From assembly GCA_965216315.1 (NCBI GenBank), contig CBDCFN010000016.1, positions 2,333,982-2,397,981 on the forward strand: DNA of 64,000 bases. Reading direction: 5' to 3'. The stretch comes from a bacterium (GTDB lineage: Bacteria; UBA10199; 2-02-FULL-50-16; JAJFLM01). Each line of letters begins with the position of its first letter. Position 1 is the first letter of the stretch. The notes beneath the pieces are model-generated. The model was given only the letters and a program-made list of their open reading frames with translations. It was not told the origin of the DNA and did not search any database. The translations under genes and the position numbers were made by a program. Of this stretch, positions 61,652 to 64,000 are shown piece by piece.

Positions 61652-64000
61652 TTACCTTTGCTTTAACTCCCGGCCCTTCCACAATGCAAAGATAACCGGA
61701 TAAACAACGAGTACACTGATGAGGGCCGTAAACACGCCCCCGACCATCGGCGCGGCGATACGTTTCATCACGTCCGCCCCCGATTCGTGGGTCGCCGCCC
61801 ACATAATCGGTAGCAGTGCCATAAAAGTCGTTCCAACAAACATCAGAACCGGCCGGATACGTTGAGTTGCCCCTTCGTGAATCGCCGCTCGTAGGTCAGC
61901 CCACGAATTCATCTTGCCCGCTTTAACTCGATCTTCATAGGCGAGGTCGAGATACAAGAGCATTATCACACCGGTCTCGGCCGAGTCTCCGGCGAGTGCG
62001 ATCAACCCGACCCATACGGCTATACTCATATTGTAGTCCAGCACCCACAAGAGCACGAATGCCCCGACTAATGAGAAAGGCACGGCCAGGAGGACGATCC
62101 CCGTCTTGGCCCAACTGCCCGTGTTAATAAAGATGAGGATGAGGATAATAAACAGGGTCAGTGGTACAACGAGCAGGAGCCTTTTTTTGGCGCGTTCCAT
62201 GTATTCGAACTGACCACTCCACGCGAGAAAATAACCGGTCGGGAGTTTGATTTGCTTTGCAATCAACTCTTTCGCAGCTTTGACGTAACTGCCGATGTCT
62301 TGGCGTTCGGTGATATCGATAAAGACCCAGCCGGTCAGCATGCCATTCTCATCTTTGATAGCCGGAGCTCCTTGCGAAAGTTTGAGCTCGGCAATTTCCT
62401 GAATCGGAATATGCGCTCCCATTGGGGTCGGTACGAGAACACGGCCGAGTTGATCAAGGTCACTGCGCAATTCGCGGGGGTAGCGAATATTAACCGGATA
62501 GCGCTCCCGGCCCTCGATAGTCATGGTAATATTCTTGCCGCCGATCGCCGTCTCTACAATAGTCTCGGCATCACTCACAGTGAGACCGTAGCGCGCGATC
62601 GCCTCACGGCGGATATCAAAATCCAGATAATATCCTCCGGTCACGCGTTCGGAATAGACACTGCGGGTCCCCTTCAGTTGAGGTAAGAGTCCTTCGATAT
62701 GTTGGCCTATTTTTTCAATCGTATTCAAATCAGGGCCGAAAACCTTGATACCAATCGGGGTGCGAATACCTGTCGTCAGCATATCGATACGCGTCTTGAT
62801 CGGCATGATCCAGGCGTTAGTTGTACCGGGCAGCTGAACTTTGGCATCGAGAACCGCAATCAATTCTTCCCAGCTACGCCGCTTGTGCTCCGGCCACTGC
62901 ACGCGCAAGAAATATTTCAACCAATCCGGCGCCCAGCTAGAATACCATCGTTGATGATAAATCTTGGGCCACTGCTTCATGGGTTTAAGTTGGATCGTCG
63001 TCTCAACCATCGATAACGGGGCGGGATCGGTCGGCGTCCGCGCGCGGCCGATCTTGCCAAACACCGTCTCAACCTCAGGAAAGGTCTTGATCAATTTGTC
63101 TTGAATCTGCAGCCATCGCTTGGCCTCTTCGATTGAAATTCCCGGCAAAGTTGTCGGCATGTAGAGGATATCACCCTCATTCAGCGGGGGCATAAATTCT
63201 GAACCCAGCCGGGCATGGATCGGAGCAATCGCCAGAACACTCAAAAAAGCAACCCAAACGACACCCTTACGATGGGCGAGCATCCAATCGATAATGGGGC
63301 CGTAACTGCGCTGCAGCCAACGGCTGACGGGGTGTTGGCGTTCGGAATAAATCTTACCCGCAAGCAACCAGCGCTTTAGCTTCTCACCGCGTGTTACGCC
63401 TTCTTTCAAGGCTCTGCCGGGCCGAATCAATATTTGAATCAGCGCCGGCGCCAAAGTGACGGCCAAGACCGCGGCAAAGAACATCGCGAAGTTTTTCGTC
63501 AGGGCCAACGGCTTAAAAAGGCGTCCCTCTTGGCCGGTCAACGCAAAGATCGGGATGAACGAGACTGCAATCACCAACAAAGAGAAAGAAGAGTGGACGA
63601 CCGACTTCTTGGCAGGCCTCCAAGATTACCTCGTACATCGGACGTCTCATCATGCGCGCTCTTGGGCTTGGGCGATACGCTTATGTGAACATTGTCGACC
63701 AACACGACACTCGCATCGACCATCGCCCCCAAGGCAATAGCAATACCCCCGAGCGACATGATGTTCGAGCTAGTATCAAGATAAAACATGGGAATAAACG
63801 CGAGCATAATGCCGCGATTGGTAGAGGTTACCATCGGGACCGAGTGCACTGCGAAAGTGCCAGAGAAAAAAGAGGATAATGAGCGCGACGATCAAGAGCT
63901 CTTGAATGAGCTTGCTCTTGAGCGTTGTAATCGCCCGCTCGATCAACGATGACCGGTCATATACCGTAACAATCTCACTGCCCGGCGGCAGCGAAGTCTT
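61652..64000 (-). CDS. cusA: CusA/CzcA heavy-metal RND efflux permease, 5'-partial, frameshifted at about 63580-63845
   Basis: [49 protein letters not shown]. Confidence 0.9.

Overview
Bacterial chromosomal window. Gene content and the Cys-type C-terminal sorting signals suggest a deltaproteobacteria-like lineage (Myxococcota/Bdellovibrionota neighbourhood; inference only). Housekeeping content includes tRNA-Leu-tig-clpP-clpX-lon, tRNA-Lys, thrH, mutM, a CPA2 antiporter, cysC-cysH-cysQ, a UbiD-family gene, lemA-htpX, hflKC and an aminotransferase/ALDH pair. There is also an arsenosugar-type cluster (arsS-arsM, two glycosyltransferases, flavoprotein, DedA), metal transporters and a frameshifted cusA at the right edge. 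The standout is a ~9 kb single ORF (14432-23350, minus strand) that looks like a bacterial surface POLYPROTEIN. It holds four complete, divergent beta-helix surface proteins, each with its own Sec signal peptide and its own GGGC-TM-basic sorting signal, fused in frame with no stops. Each junction also carries a Shine-Dalgarno plus in-frame ATG written into the codons of the basic tail. A second notable signal is a shared sigma28-like promoter motif (GCAAC-N14-GGCGAT) upstream of three orphan genes with similar non-Sec N-terminal extensions. Family names come from motif recognition, not database searches.
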